From the human T2T-CHM13v2.0 reference genome, Homo sapiens, in NCBI RefSeq assembly GCF_009914755.1, contig NC_060930.1: DNA of 64,000 nucleotides; one strand, written 5' to 3'. The translations under genes and the position numbers were made by a program. Shown here in pieces: positions 24,736 to 39,705 of this stretch (within the stretch, counting starts at the first letter, position 1; each line of letters opens with the position of its first letter). The notes under the pieces are model-generated. The model was not told the origin of the DNA, ran no database searches, and saw only the letters and a list, made by a program, of their open reading frames with translations.

Positions 24736-25953
24736 CTGTTCTCACTTATTTTTAATATGCATTATATTAGGTAACTTAACTATATCTGGAACAAAGTGAA
24801 AAGAGAGGGAGAGAGAACAGGTGATAAGGGACAAAGAAGAGAGAAAATAGGGGGGAAAGGGAGGAGAGGAGAAAGAAGAAAAATAGACACAGAAATGGCT
24901 ACAGGCCTGGCCCAGGCCAGCATTGGCATTTACAGGAGACCAGGGTGGTGAGCAGGACCAGCATGGTGAGTGCAGCTGGCCACATCTCACTCACTGCTTT
25001 CGTGCTTAAAATAAATAAGACGTCTTATCCTAGATTGGTGGATTAGAAATCTAATTCTCAGTGTTAACATTCTATAGTTAGTTCCAAAATGGAATATTTT
25101 TGAGTTAAAACAGTTTGACCCCAGGGCAGTCGAAAATCTGCTCTAGAAGGAAGTAGGCACAAGAGGAAGCACACACAGTGCCATACTATTTCTGGGCTGG
25201 GCTGGGCTCACTGAAAGCTTTTCAAGTCTTACTCTGTGACATTTACAGAGAAGTTTCAAGAATGCTTGACAGAACAGGCTTTCAAAGTGTCTTTCTTTTT
25301 TCATCTACATTTATGTATAACCAGGGTAGAATTATAGTTCACTACTGACCCAAAAAACATGACACTGGGGGGTGAACTTACTCTATGGGCTCAATCAGGC
25401 TGGGCTACCCAGGGAAACAGTATTGAAGAGAGTAAGACGCAGGGAGGGCTGCATCAACATGACTAAGAAGACCTGTCCCTCTACACAGCTAGATCCTGCT
25501 AAAATTGCCTTTGCGCTATTTTTAAAATATGGCTGAAGGGAAGCCTCTAAAAACAAAATGTTGTTTTCAAAAAGTCTTTGAGCTGAAATCCGAACAGGAA
25601 ACCATGAGCTTTCAACAAAGGCATCAGCCATACTAATCTCTGGAGTAACATCCCCAGTTGAGGCTCTCAGGATTCCCACATATGAAGTGCAAAAAAACGT
25701 GAGCTCACAATCAAAGATTAAATTCACAAAGAAAAAATTACCATGATTATGTGTTTAAAGAAAGAAAAACAACATGAGAACTCCCCCATACAAGGTCTTC
25801 AGATATTAAAATCATTAGACAGATAAACTCTGTAGAAAACTATTTGAAGGCATGAAATATAGAATCATAAACATTTAAAAATTCATCAAAAGACTGTTTA
25901 AAATGATGACAGATATTTTAGAAATGAAAAATATATTTGTTGTAAATAAGAAA

Positions 25954-26336
25954 TTGTTAGAGTCCTCACAAAAATAACCAGGAAACCTGGTGTCGACAAA
26001 GCAAACTGAGTTTACTCACATTCTTTCCAGTAAGGAAGGATAAGGTCTCAAAAACAGCTTGAGAAACAAAGTCAAAGGGGAATTCTTACAGCACTGGGCC
26101 TGTGTTTAAGGTTAGAACTCAGGTGATTTGTGGGTGGGTTTTCAAAAGGAGATAAATAAATATTGGGTGCAACAGTCAAGAGCCAGTGACTTTTAGGTGT
26201 TCAGGAGCACAGAGAAGGGTCTTCCCAGCAAGTTGTTTAGTGGAGCATCCTATTGTCTTATCACTCCAGAGCAGGCTGGGCAGTGGAGCTGCTTTGTAAA
26301 TTTCCACTTGTTGGTTAATTCAATTCTTTTTTCTCA
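25954..26336. mobile_element. Probable solo LTR inserted in the old L1
   Basis: TG...CA bounded 380-bp block that interrupts L1 ORF1-like sequence; family not recognised, no clear TSD. Confidence 0.45.
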
Positions 26337-26498
26337 AACTCCTCATGGATTCTTCAGAAGACTGGACAAAGCTAAAATCAGAATTAATTAATTTAAAGAT
26401 AAATTAAAAAAAAAACCTAGTCAGAATGCAATAAAGAGAGTCAAGGATAGAAAATATGAAAGGATGGAAGCGATGTTAGGAGACTTGCCAGACACCTA

Positions 26499-26870
<372 letters not shown>

Positions 26871-27286
26871 GACAGAGAATACAGATGAGGCAAAATCTGA
26901 AGATATGGCTGAGTTTTCCAGAACTGATAAAGGACACAAACCCTAAGATGTAGGAGGCACAATTAACATAGCAAGATATATAATAAAAATTTCACACATA
27001 AACACTATGCAAGGAATGAACCAAAGCAACAGTGAACAGAGATCGACAACAAAGAAAAGCAACTGGGCTGACAGACGACCCTTTAGCAGGAGCAATGGGA
27101 GCCTAAGGATAGTCAAAGATAGCTTCAGAGTAATGAAAAAATAAATTCACTCTCAATCTTGAATTAAATATTCAACAAAATTACCTTTTAGGGAAAAAGA
27201 AAAAATAAAAATGTATTCAAATAATTAAGGAGTGAGAGAATTTACTGCCAGCAAAACTTCACCAAAGTAGCTTCAAAAGTACATAG

Positions 27287-27695
<409 letters not shown>

Positions 27696-28224
27696 TTGAA
27701 TGTTTATTTTAAATCAGTATTACATTGTTATTAACAATGTTTCTTCATTTATTTAAATGATCTCTCTCCTTCCTCTCCTTTCTCTCACCATTGATATTTT
27801 GAATAAATAAATAATGGTCTGAATAAATAATGGTAATGCTTAAATTATGCAAAAAAAATAGAACTCAAATAACGGGCAATAGCAGCATGCAAATTAGGAA
27901 GGGAAATTGGTTTTAAAGTCTTTGTATTGTTCAGCATGGTGGTTGCAAAAGTTTAAGATATTAATAAACTTTAAAATTTGTTAAGTGTGCATGGCAAAAG
28001 TTCAAGGTTAACCACTAACAGAAAAATAAAATAGTTTATAACTTCCAAATAAGAGAGAAAAGACAGAATGAGGAAACAACAAACTCAATATATTCAAACA
28101 AAGGCAAGAAAAGAGAAAAAAATAAGAGAAGAAAATAAGATACAGACAATTTTAAACAACACTATTAAAAGCTTTATTTAAAAGGCATAGGTAGAACCCT
28201 ATTATCAAAAATTAAAGAATAAGA

Positions 28225-28360
28225 AAAGAAGTGATTGAAGTGATGGATATCTCACTTCCCCTGATTTGATAATTATACATGTATCATGTCAAAATGTCAT
28301 ATGTAACACAAAAATATATACAACTATAATATATCAGTCCTTTAAAAAAGATTTTTTGTA
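28225..28360 (+). mobile_element. Short L1MA 3'-end insertion
   Basis: gtgatggatat...cctgatttgat...aaaatatatacaacta; TSD aattaaagaat on both sides. Confidence 0.7.
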
Positions 28361-28932
28361 ACAATTAAAGAATGAATATGCATCCTTCTTAAGCACACAC
28401 AGAATATTTTTTAAATTCCACATATTAATCTATAATGCAATCATCAGGAAAATTCAAAGAATTGGTAAAAATACAGACCATATTTTCTTACCATGTTGGA
28501 ATTAAGTTAGAAGTCAATAATTTAAAATAAATATTTTAAATCTCCAAACATTTGGAAATTTTGAAGTATCTTCTAAATAAATCATAGTTCAAAAAAGTTA
28601 TAATAAAAATTTTTCATATTTGTAACTAAATAATAATAAAAACACTATATATTGAAACTTGAGAGATATAGCAAAATTAGTGTTCTCAAGAAAAAGTATA
28701 GCTGTAATGTATATATTTGAAAATAAGGAAAATCAAAAATTAATAAACTAAGCATCCAACTAAAGGAGTTAATAAAGAATAATAGAATAAACCCAAAGAA
28801 AGTAAAAGGAAGGATACACCAAAAAAAAATGACAAAATAAGGAAGCCAATAGAAAAAAAAGACACAATAGAGAAAATCAACAAAACCAGAGACTAATTTT
28901 TTTAAAAGAATAATAAAATACACAAACTTCAT

Positions 28933-29045
28933 AGGTGATGAATGTCAATTAGCTTGATGTAATCATTTCAGATTGTACTCGGCTATTATAACATTACATT
29001 GTACCCCATAAATATATACAATTGTACTTTTTCAATAAATTTCTG
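28933..29045 (+). mobile_element. Short L1MA 3'-end fragment
   Basis: ggtgatgaatgtcaattagcttgat...ttgtaccccataaatatatacaatt. Confidence 0.7.
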
Positions 29046-31275
29046 AAAAGGAAAGAATGCACAAATAAGCAATTTAGGAATAAAAATGGAAATAGAGCTT
29101 TAGATTCAAGACAGAGTTAAAAGATAATAAGACACTTTTAAAAACTACTCCATGCCAATACATTTGAAAACTTAGACAAAATTGACAAATTCCTAGAGAA
29201 ACAAAACTTTTCAAAGCTGACTTGAGAGTAAGTGGAAGATCCATAGTCCTATACCCATTACAAAAATGGAATCTTCAGTTAAAAAAAAATCTAACTCCCA
29301 ACAAGATAACAGATCCAGAGAACGTATATCCATATTCTGCCAAGTCAAGGAATAAATCATTCCTGTTTTTGCTATTTCAGAGAAAGGAAACAGTAGTAAT
29401 ATTTCCTAATGCATTCTATGAACACAAGACGTCTTGATACCAAAAGCAAATTAGGACAGGGCAAGAAAGAGAAAGGCCAGTCTTGCTCATTGTGTAGACA
29501 TAAAAATCCTGAACAAAAATTAAGCAAATGAAATCCAACCATATATAAGTAAGATTAAGACATCATGGGTTTTTCTCAGGAAATGAAGATGTGACTCAAC
29601 ACTAAAAACTCTGTAATTGACCACATTAAAATATCAATGGTAAGAGAAAGGAGACGAGGGGGAGAGAGATCATCTAAATAAATGCAGAAACATTGTTGAT
29701 AACAATGTAACACTGATTTAAAATAAACATTCAAGAAAACAAGAAATAGAATGGAACTTCTTTCCTGGATGTCCACTCCAAACCTATTATAGGAAACATA
29801 ATTCTGAACAATGAAACATTCGAAGCATTCCCTTTACACTCAGATACAAGACAAAGGGGCCACTATCATCACTTTAATGAATAAATACTGGAGATCCTAG
29901 CCAGTAAGAGAAGGAAAAGTGATGCCAGGTGTGTAAGCATTGGGAGTTATTTACTTCCACTGCACACCATATACTGTAGACTCTTGCCTAGTCATAGTCA
30001 TGAGTCTAGTCATTCATACATTAGACTCTTGCCCAGTCTTCAAATATACCACATATTATCATAGCTCCACACTTTCATTTATTCTGCTTCCCCTGGTTGG
30101 GATGCCTTTCTTCTGTTCCTTCAAGATGTAGCCTAAATGTCAGCTCCTCTGTGAATCCTACTCCATCAAGGCAGAATAAACCAATCCCTTGTTAAAAATC
30201 TTCACAAAGATGATGGCGTAGGAGAGGCTTGGGATTCTCCCGAATAGATTGGTGGGCTTGGGGTTCATCTCATTGTCACCATCACCACTTCCACCTTCAC
30301 TAATTGTTCTGGCCAAAATTTGCTCATCTCTGAAACTTTAAGTCTCTGCTACAAAAATGAGCTATGCAGCATCCTAATATGTAATATGCCCTTCAACCCA
30401 GTGTCAGCTGGACATCTGGGGCAGAGGACACATGGAAGTGCCCAGGCAATGTGACATGGGGTGCAAGTCCCAAGATTTGAATCAGTGTGGTCCCTGCTGA
30501 GAGCTGAGCAGGTGTTCCTCCCCTAGATTGCTTCACCAGCCACAGGGCTCTGGTTAGGGGACAAGATTGCACCAAATGTTGGCATTAAAAGTTTCCCTTC
30601 ATCTCCCCTTTTCCTGAAGCTTATCATGACACACATGTTGAAGCCTGTAAGAAAGAGAAGCTTTGATGCATTGAGATGCAGACACAAACAGATCTCCCCA
30701 GAGGGGATTTATGACATAGGCAACTCGAACATGTCTCATAGTGGGGAGGGTTTTCCTTCCCATATCTCTCTTCTGTTCCCACAGTGCTTTCCCACCTGTG
30801 AAACAAGGGCCTGGACACAACCAGAGGTTGGTTTCCTCCTAGAAAGTTTACCTCTGAAAATTGGTCAGCTAGATGGATGGGGAAAAAGGGAGTAGGTTCA
30901 ATCATCAGTTTGCATTCCATTTTCCTGCACCAGAGCCCTGAGAAATGATGGTGGATCTTCACAAAGAAAAGCTGACACCTTCAGGGAAAGTGTTCACCTG
31001 TAGCCTTAATGGCCTCTTGCCCACAAATCCAGCAGCCAGCTTCCTACATTGTCTTGGGGTCTCCATGTTCCAATTCTGGGAGAGGGAAAGCAATGAGAAG
31101 ATGTCATTTATCCAAAATAATTTGTAGGGGACTTTTTTTTTTCCATCTAGCCATCAACGAAAATCATTGACAACCTACTTGTAACTGGCATTGTCCTGGA
31201 CATCATGAAAAAGTTCAAAGAAGGGCATGGCCCTTCCCTTAGCAGGCTCAAGGACTATCTGGGAGGGTTGGCTGG

Positions 31276-31840
31276 TGTATCAATCAAGGTTCAATCAGGA
31301 AAACACCATGTTTTAGGGATAAGAGATTTCACTAGAATTAAACCTCACATAAATGTGGAAGAAGCTAAAGAAGTGAAGACTTGGAAGGCAAAGTTGGAGG
31401 ATCTAAGAAGAGTCACCAACTAGACCTCCTCATTCACTGGCACGGTAGAAAATCTGAGCTTGCAGGGAAATCTAAGAAACCAAGGGCGGGCAGCCTCCCC
31501 TTGAGACCACAAATGGGGGCTTGTGGAGAGGGGTCAGAGAAGCTGTGCCTCAGTCACATCCACCTCTGTGGGTCCCCACTCTGGTGCTGGGCTTTGAACT
31601 GCTATTGGTCAGCGGGCCAGCAGTTTGGAAGAAGGGAATGAAAGCTAGCATACCTGGGAGGCCCGGGCAGCTCTGCATCTCTCACCAGACATGGTCACAA
31701 TGGATTTCTGAGAGTAATGGTCACCACTTTAGCCCTGCCTTCCAAATTTCACATAGATCTCTGTTAGCCAAGTCTAACCTGGGGAAGGGGATTCAAGGAA
31801 TGGTGCAGCTCCCCAGTTTGACCAAGTTGAGCCAGAACAA
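31276..31840. mobile_element. Old LTR relic inserted in an antisense L2 (about 31100-32030)
   Basis: tgtatcaatcaagg start and gaccaagttga end; L2 motifs on both sides; family uncertain. Confidence 0.45.
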
Positions 31841-33879
31841 TCTCGCACTTTGACCCAGAAAAATCTTAAACAGCTGGCAATGGAAAACAGTTATTGAGTG
31901 AAGAGCAAGGCTTGAAGAACCCAGGAAAGAAGGCAGACAGGGTTCATGGAAGCTTCATGAAGGAGATGCAGCTTTAACTGGGCCTCAGAGAAAGAATATG
32001 ATTTAGGTCAATGGGGAGAGGAGAGAATGTGCAAATATCTCCTGCTTAAACACGCTTCTTCCTGTACTTTGATTTTGGCTTAGAAGTGTATAAACCTTTC
32101 ACAGGACACTAACAGGAACCAGGAGACCCTGAATCTGGGACAGAGACAAATGAAGAGGCTTCATCTCCTAGGTTTTGACTCTGTCCTTGGGAAAGACTGA
32201 CCCCATCTCCTGCTGCTCAGACACATGGACTCACCCCAAGTGGAGCAACAGGTTTGTCCAACAGCCAAAGCTTTGCACGCCCATTTGTTTCTGTGTATCC
32301 TCGGAGACTGTTTGGCATGCCTGCTCAAGAACAAAAGTCCACTTTAAGAAGAATGAATCCCGTCTGGTTGCTTCTTAAGGACAAATTTTAAAATAAAGAC
32401 AGCTTTTAAAAACAAGTAGAGCTTTGTTCTTCACTGACCTCAGCAAGATGTCTGTCAACACCTTTGCGTGGTTGCCTGGCTTAGCAGGTCTGATTAACAG
32501 TGGCACCTCCCACAGAGAGACAAGTGTGGGGAAGGGACGTGGAACTGGTGAGCTTTTGTTGTGATAGGAGGAAAAGGGCCCACCACCCAAGACATTCCAG
32601 CCAGGATCAGGGGCTGGGGTGGTGGCCATGTACCTGCCAGGAGGAGGGGCTGCATAAAGGAGGTTGGTGCTCAGAGGGAGCGGAGGTCAGAAAGGGAGGA
32701 AGTGGCAGCTGGTGAAGAAATGGGCTCTCCAAAGGTGAACTACAACCCTTGACAAATAAAGTCAGCACTGTTGGGAAGTATCCCAATGCCTCGGAAGCCT
32801 TCAGGTTAGAAAGTTCTTCCAGACATCTGTGTGGCTTAGGAGTATAGAAGAGCTTCCTCTTGTTCCTGTCTCCTTCTAAATTGCATCTCCTCATTTGTGG
32901 GAAAGTGAGGAGTTTCCCACAGGTGCAAAGAAACATCACAAGATTTCCTCTAAGCTATCTTTTTATTATTTTTAGGTCCTCTCCTGTAGATGGTCAATGT
33001 TTCAATAGCCTGCTTCAGCTGTGGAACACGAAACTAAGAGGAGAGGTTTCCCTTTGCTGACCCCACAGATCTTTACCTTGCAAATGGCATTATATTTTAA
33101 GCTTGGTGCTATGTTGCTAACTAAAATGAGAAAATCAATGTTATCATGCTTTTTGAATGGTGCCATGGAATACTGAGGTGTTTTGTGTCCCATTAGGCCA
33201 CTAACATCTGATTCATTTCCAACTTCAGAAAGAGCCTCACCCCAGTTGCATCCTTGGAAAATCAGTCTTTCCTCCTGATGTCAATGATTTTGGACCAGCT
33301 TTCTCATTTTCTTCTTTTTTTAAAGGAAAATTGGGTTTTCATCAAATGGTTCTCCTGTTTTTTCATAAACAAGCAGTCTAAGTTGACTGTCAGACTAGCT
33401 GGCACATGGCTGTTTGGAGACACACATGGGTCCCCCTACCCCGGGAGAAATGCAACCCCACAGAGTTCTGTATCTTGCCATTGGCAATGTTGGACCAGGG
33501 GCCAGTGTGAGAACCCCACAGATTCCAGCCTCTGGGATGGGGGCTTGTTTTCGTGCCAGGGTACATGCCCACACTGCCCCTGAGGACCCAGCCCATGTCA
33601 TGTCTGCCCGGGGACCTGTCCTACGCCTATGACCCCTGCTGCATCCAGGACCCACCTCACTCACAGGCAGAGTCCCTGCCTCAAATGTAATTTGAATTGT
33701 TAGAGGAATGAGAATGTGTCAATTTACAACTACTCGTTGAGTTTGCTCCTTCACCCACTACTGAAGAAAAGAAAAACACTCCTTGGAAAAGTAACTTGCT
33801 GAGGTCCTTTTCCAGAATGACTGACAGGTGGGCAGCCTGGGAACATGGTGAGCACATGGGAGGGCACCGTGTCTGCTTC

Positions 33880-34725
33880 TTTCTGTTCTCAACATCCAAT
33901 TGGTTCCTCACCAGTCCCAGGCCATTCTCCATAAAGCAGCCAGAATTGTCTTTTGAAAATTCAAGTAGAGGCCAGGCACAGTGGCTCATGCCTGCAATCC
34001 CAGCAGTTTGGGAGGCTAAGAAGGGAGGATCAATTGAGGCCAAGAGTTAGAGGCTGCCATGAGCTGGCATCATGCCACTGCACTCCAGCCTGGGAAACAG
34101 AGTGAGACCTGGATTCAACAAAAAGAAAACTGTAAGCAGGATTATGTTATTCTCCTGCTAAAACCATCCTGTGGTTTCCCTGTCCTTGGCATAAAAGAAG
34201 AGCTTGTTCCCAGGGCCTGCACATGGCTATATGTCCCGGCCCCCAAGCCCACTCCCAACCTCATCCCACCCCAGTCTCCCCCCATCACCTGCCACTGGAG
34301 CCTCCTTAACTTCCTTGGGTTCCTCCACCCCATCAAGGCATTTCTCCAGTCGGGCCTCACACATTCTGTCCCCTGCTGGGACCCACCCCTTCCCTTCTCT
34401 GTCATTCTGGCTAATGCCACAGCCTTAGAGAGGCACCGCCTGACCCTTGAGCTTTCACCCCTGCCATCGCCAGCAGGGATGACCCCTGATCCCTTCCTTT
34501 TCTCGTCTGTGGTGTTTCGTGCCTCTTTTTCATGGAATTTATGGCAACGCTCCATGACATTGGTCTGTGTTTGCCTAGGTATCCAGGCTCTGTCTCTCTC
34601 AGTAGAATGGAAGCTTCAAGTGACCAGACATTGTGTCTGTTTTGCCGACCAGGGTTGACCTAGTGCCTAGTACAGCAACTGCCACCTAGGAAGTGCTCAG
34701 TAATTCTTTGTGGAGTGAATGAATA
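33880..34725 (+). mobile_element. L2 LINE 3' region split by the Alu monomer
   Basis: tctcctgctaaaacc...agaatggaagcttcaag...gtgctcagtaa...tgaatgaat. Confidence 0.7.
33970..34128 (+). mobile_element. Alu monomer-length element (FRAM/AluJ-like)
   Basis: ggccaggcacagtggctcatgcc...gccactgcactccagcctggg. Confidence 0.85.
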
Positions 34726-36249
34726 AAGGAAAGGACAAGGGGTACAGCCTGGATTCCAGCATCCTGCTCCACCCATGCCATGAGGTGCCCTTGAAGGCCA
34801 CACTCTTGGCCTCTCCTTCGCAGACTCAGGCCTGGGGTGTGTGGTGATGTCAGCTTCTGTCTACCAGGCCAGAAACCTGCCCTCACCTCCACCCACAAGG
34901 AGAAAGTGCAAGAAATCTGAACGTTTTGGAACAGGAAACTCCAACTTTATAAGAGAGCTCTATGTCATGCAGCCGAGGCATTCTGGTGAGAACCACCGAC
35001 ATCGGGCCTGGAGGCCCCAGCAGCGTCTCCTCACTCACATCCCTACTGAGCGACCCAAGGATCCTCGGAAGCAAAAAGACCCTCACGGTCACATGAAGGT
35101 CACTGGCAGTCCATTCTAGACTCCCAGGCTCCAGACCCCTGGAACTGTACACTCTGGGAAAGCTTCTCTGTCCCTCTCAGTCAGTCCCTCCCGTCCTGTT
35201 ATTCGGGTCAGTGCTTCTGATCCCAGGAGAGACATTATTTTTATTTTCCAAGCCATTATTCACAGTAAGCCCTGACTTCAGAATGACTTTTGAGACATAA
35301 CAATTTAAGATTTAGAACAATATTGATAGAGTCTATACAATGATATTTCCAGGTCCCATTGTGGAAACAATGTTTCCACCATTTCCACTCTAAATATTTC
35401 ACTTTTGGAACACCACTCCAACAAGAAAACATTAGGCTCGTTGTGTGAATAGGTGCGCCTGAACACACTTGGACAATCTGAGTATCTCTCCTCAGGGACT
35501 CCACGGGCCAACAGGGTGTGATTTGGGAGAGCGAGTCTCAAAGACCACTGAAAATGAATCAATGATTTCGCAGCTACAAAAGAAATGAGTAGAATTTTCT
35601 AGCCACAAGAAGTAAAATAAGGCAAACGAATTAATTTGTAAAATATGCACGGAAAAGGTGATTAGGACCCATTTTTAATAATAATACTATTCAGAAACAA
35701 AATGTATCTCACACAAGCAGACTAAAATATTTTCATATGCAATAGCAAAAATGGAGATTATTGGCCCCTGGAGCTCCTTGGGGATTATTTCAGAGCAGCC
35801 TATGAAGAAACCTTTGGAACCGAGTCCAGCTAACAGAAAACATCTGTTTGGGCATCTCTCAATTATAATATGTCACAGGGGGAAAACCTGGGATTTAGAA
35901 ATACCAATTGACATGAAAACTGGCCATTTCTGATTTAAACATTTTGTAGACTTCTTTGGCAAAAATAGCTATGACGATCCTTTAAATTTATCTCTTTGCC
36001 TAACAATATTTGTCTCTTCATCTCCTTATGTGGTAAATAAAGTAACTAGACACATAAAGAAAGAATAATAGTGAGGCCAGGTTCAAAAACATGTCCCTAT
36101 TAACATGGAATGAAAGGAGGAAATTGAGTGACCTGAACTGACATTGCTGGAAAATCTTAGTCATATAATGAGAGTCACTGACTAATTTTTCAGGTGGAAG
36201 AAGCAAGGAGGGAGCCAGGAAGCTGCATCTTCTCTCCTTTAGAACAACC

Positions 36250-37005
36250 TGAAATCCCACGTTGCCTTCCACTTGCCACACTTTGCCCTTCCTCCCAACA
36301 CAGCTCAGCTCCCGTCCCAAGCACCCTAGCCCCCAGAGCTCCCTTTCCTCACAGTCCATTGAAACTGGGCTATTTCTGATGTCACCAATGATGACCTGAT
36401 TGACAAATACAGTGCACGTCACACCTCCCGCTATGACCTTCATACCGTTTGGAATTCCCTCCTTCTTAACAGATGTTCCATCTTCTTCCCCCAACCCCCA
36501 TTGCAGTTGGTCATTCGACCTTCGCCCCATAAATAGTGGTGCTTTCCAGAGCTCAGCCATCTGTCCTCAGCTCCCCACCCACTCCATTCCTGATGTCATT
36601 GCCTTGGTTCAGGCCCTGATCCTTCTCGCCTGGATGGCTGCAACTGTCTCCCCACTGCCCTTCCCTACCCCACCTCATCTCCTAATTCTTCCCTAGATTG
36701 AAGCCAGGGCAATCATCCTAAAGGATAATTCTGTTGTGCCACCTCCTCACCCCTGCCTTACCACCTCCAGTGGTCCCCTTGGCTCTCAATGTAAAGCTCA
36801 AATTCCTCAGCCTACCCTCCCTGAACTGGACCCTGCTGGCCATCCCAGCCTGCCATCCTGCCGTCCCCTACAGAGGCGATGCCCTTTACTACAGCAATTC
36901 TGGCAGTGAACAGACTCTGCCCTCAGTGCTGTCCTGGGTACGTGCTGCTGTCCGCCTGGGATGGCCCCTTCCCTTCATCACCCCCTAGCTCCCTCTTATT
37001 TAAAC
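36250..37005 (+). mobile_element. L2 LINE fragment
   Basis: C/T-rich L2 motifs (aatgatgacctgattgacaaat, gttcaggccctgatc, gtaaagctcaaattcctcagcct). Confidence 0.6.
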
Positions 37006-37654
37006 CACGTTGGATCTGTCCCCTTTGTTCATTCTCAAGATTGGCTATTTGTGCCTTCTTTCCGTTTTTATTCATCAGTCTTACCAATGATTTCTCTATT
37101 TTAGTTAGCTTCCCAAAAAACAACGTTTGGCTTTGTTGGTGTTCTCTATTCTATGGGTGTTTTATTTCATTATTTTCTGACCTTGTTTTTATTATTTCCT
37201 TCCTTCTAATTTATTTGCATTCATTTTGGTGTTCTCTTTCTAGTTACTAAAAGATGAATACTTATTTCATTCAGTGTTTTTTTTTAATCCCAGATACTTT
37301 GAAAATATACATATATTTTCAAATATATATATAACATGTATATAATATAAAATTATGTTTTAGAAATATATATTTATAGAGATTTATATATAGAGAATGT
37401 ATATATTAGAAAGTATATATATTTATATAGTTTTTTCTTTTTTCTTTTTTGGTTTTTAAACCTAGGGGGATTTTCCAGTTATATTTTTGTTATTGAACTG
37501 CGGTCCCATCACATATCCTATTTTTAATCTTTTAAAATTGTTGAGACTTGCTTTGTAGCCCACTATATGGTAAATTTTTATGGCTTTTCACTGTATACTT
37601 GAAAAGTAAGTGTATTCTCTTATTGTTTCTTGCTGTGTTTTATTTACAGGCATA

Positions 37655-37991
37655 CAGCCAGTCCTCTATATTCCTGGGTTCCACATCTGCAGATTCAACC
37701 AAATGCAAGTTGAAAATACTCAGAGATAAAAATTCCAAAGACCTTTTCTGATTAAAAAAAAATTTCCCAAAGTTCCAAAAAGCAAAATTTGAATCCATGC
37801 AGATGGAGTGCTTCGTGGGCATTATATTATTTATTATAAGTAATCTAGAGATGATTTAAAGTATACATGAGGATGTGCATAGGTTCTATGCAAATACTAT
37901 GCCATTTTATATAACAGACTTGAGCATTTTCAGATTTGGATGTAAGCAGGGATTCTGGAACCAATCTTTCACAGATACCCAGGGAAAACTG
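37655..37991. mobile_element. MER2 (TcMar-Tigger) non-autonomous element
   Basis: TA-cag...ctg-TA termini; taagtaatctagagatgatttaaagtatac core. Confidence 0.88.
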
Positions 37992-38892
37992 TACATCCAT
38001 TAGATCAGGAGGTTTTAAGTCATGTTTTTCAAATATTTTATAGGGTTACAGAATTTTTTTGTTGTCTGCTAGTTTTATTACTGAGAGAGGGCCATTGCAA
38101 AATTCTAGCACAATTGTGAATTCATCCATATGTCCTTCCTATTCCATCACTTTTTCTTTAAATATTTTGTGGTCATAGTATTAGATGCATACAAACTTTA
38201 AATTATTGTAGCACCTTGATGGGCCGAATTCATAATCAGCAAGAAGTGACTCCATCTTTGGTAATTTATTTTGCCTTAAGGTCAATTTTCTCTGATGTTA
38301 ATATAGCTTTACCAGTTTTCTTTTGGCTACTGGTTGTATAATTTTTCATAATCTTTTATTTTCAAACATTTTTAGTCTTACATTTTAATTTGTGTCTTGA
38401 AAACAGAATATCATTTGGTTTTATTTTTAATCAAGTCCAAACATTTTTGTTTTTTAATTAGAGCATTTAGTCTATTTATATTGATATGACTACTGATATA
38501 TTTGGCCATAAATGTACTATTTTATAATATGCTTTCTCTTTATTCCACCTGCTTGGTGTTCTTTTTCTCTCTTTTCTTGCCTTCTTTTGAACTGCTTATT
38601 TTTTTATCATTCCATTTTTCCTCTATCTTTATGTGAAAATGTTATATCTTTCTTATGCTTTTAGTGGTTGCTTTGGAAATTACAACATAATTCCTTCACT
38701 TATCAAAGTCTAGTAATAATTGGTACTTTTACCCTCTTGTTTGACAATACAAAGACCTTAGAATACTTAAAATCCTTTTGGCCTCCTCCCAACTTAAAGG
38801 ATTTTGTTGTCATATGTCAAAAGATAATAACAGCATGCAGACACACATCCCACAAGACATTAATTATTATTGTTTTATAAACTTGATGTTCA

Positions 38893-39705
38893 ATGTGGCC
38901 AACAAGCATAAGAAAACATGCTCAATATCACTAATTATTAGATAAATGAAAATCCAAACCACAGTGATATACCATCTATCACCAGTCAGAATAGCTATTA
39001 TTAAAAAGTCAAAAAGTAACAGATGTTGGCAAGGTTGCTGAGGAAAGGGAGTGCTTATACACTGCTGGTGGGAATGTAAATTAGTTCAGCCACGTGGAAA
39101 GCAGTCTGGATATTTCTCAAAGGACTTAAAGTAGAACTACCATTCAATCCAGCAATCCCATTACTGGGTGCATACCCAAAGGAATAAAAATCATTCTATC
39201 ATAAAGACACATGCACATGTATGTTCATCTCAGCACTATTCACAATAGCAAAGACATGGAATCAATCTAGATGTCCATCAACAGTGGACTTGAAAAAGAA
39301 AATGTGGTACATATACATTGTGGAATACTACCCAGCCATAAAAAAGAACAAAATCATGTCTTTTGCAACAACATAGCTAGAGCTAGAGGCCATTATCCTC
39401 AGAGAATTAATGCAGGAACAGAAAACCAAATACTGCATGTCCTCACTTACAAGTGGAAGCTAAACACTGAGTACACGTGGACGCAAAGAAGGGAACAATA
39501 GACACCAGAGCCTACTTGAGGGTGGAGAGTGAGAGGAGGGTGAGGACTGAAAAACTACCTATTGGGTACTATGCTGATTAAATGGGTGACAACATTATTT
39601 ATATACCAAACCCCCACAATGCACAACTTACCCATGTAACAAACCTGCACATGTATCCCCTAAACCTAAAATAAAAGTTGGAAAGGGAACAATGTCAATA
39701 AATAA
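38893..39705 (+). mobile_element. L1PB / old L1PA 3' end, 5'-truncated
   Basis: ORF2 C-terminus and 3'UTR ending aacctaaaataaaagtt; near-TSD ataaacttgatgttca / ataaactcaatgttca. Confidence 0.92.

Noticed and set aside
34059-34658. 199-aa plus-strand ORF
   Set aside because: Starts in an Alu monomer and runs through decayed L2; no recognisable domain
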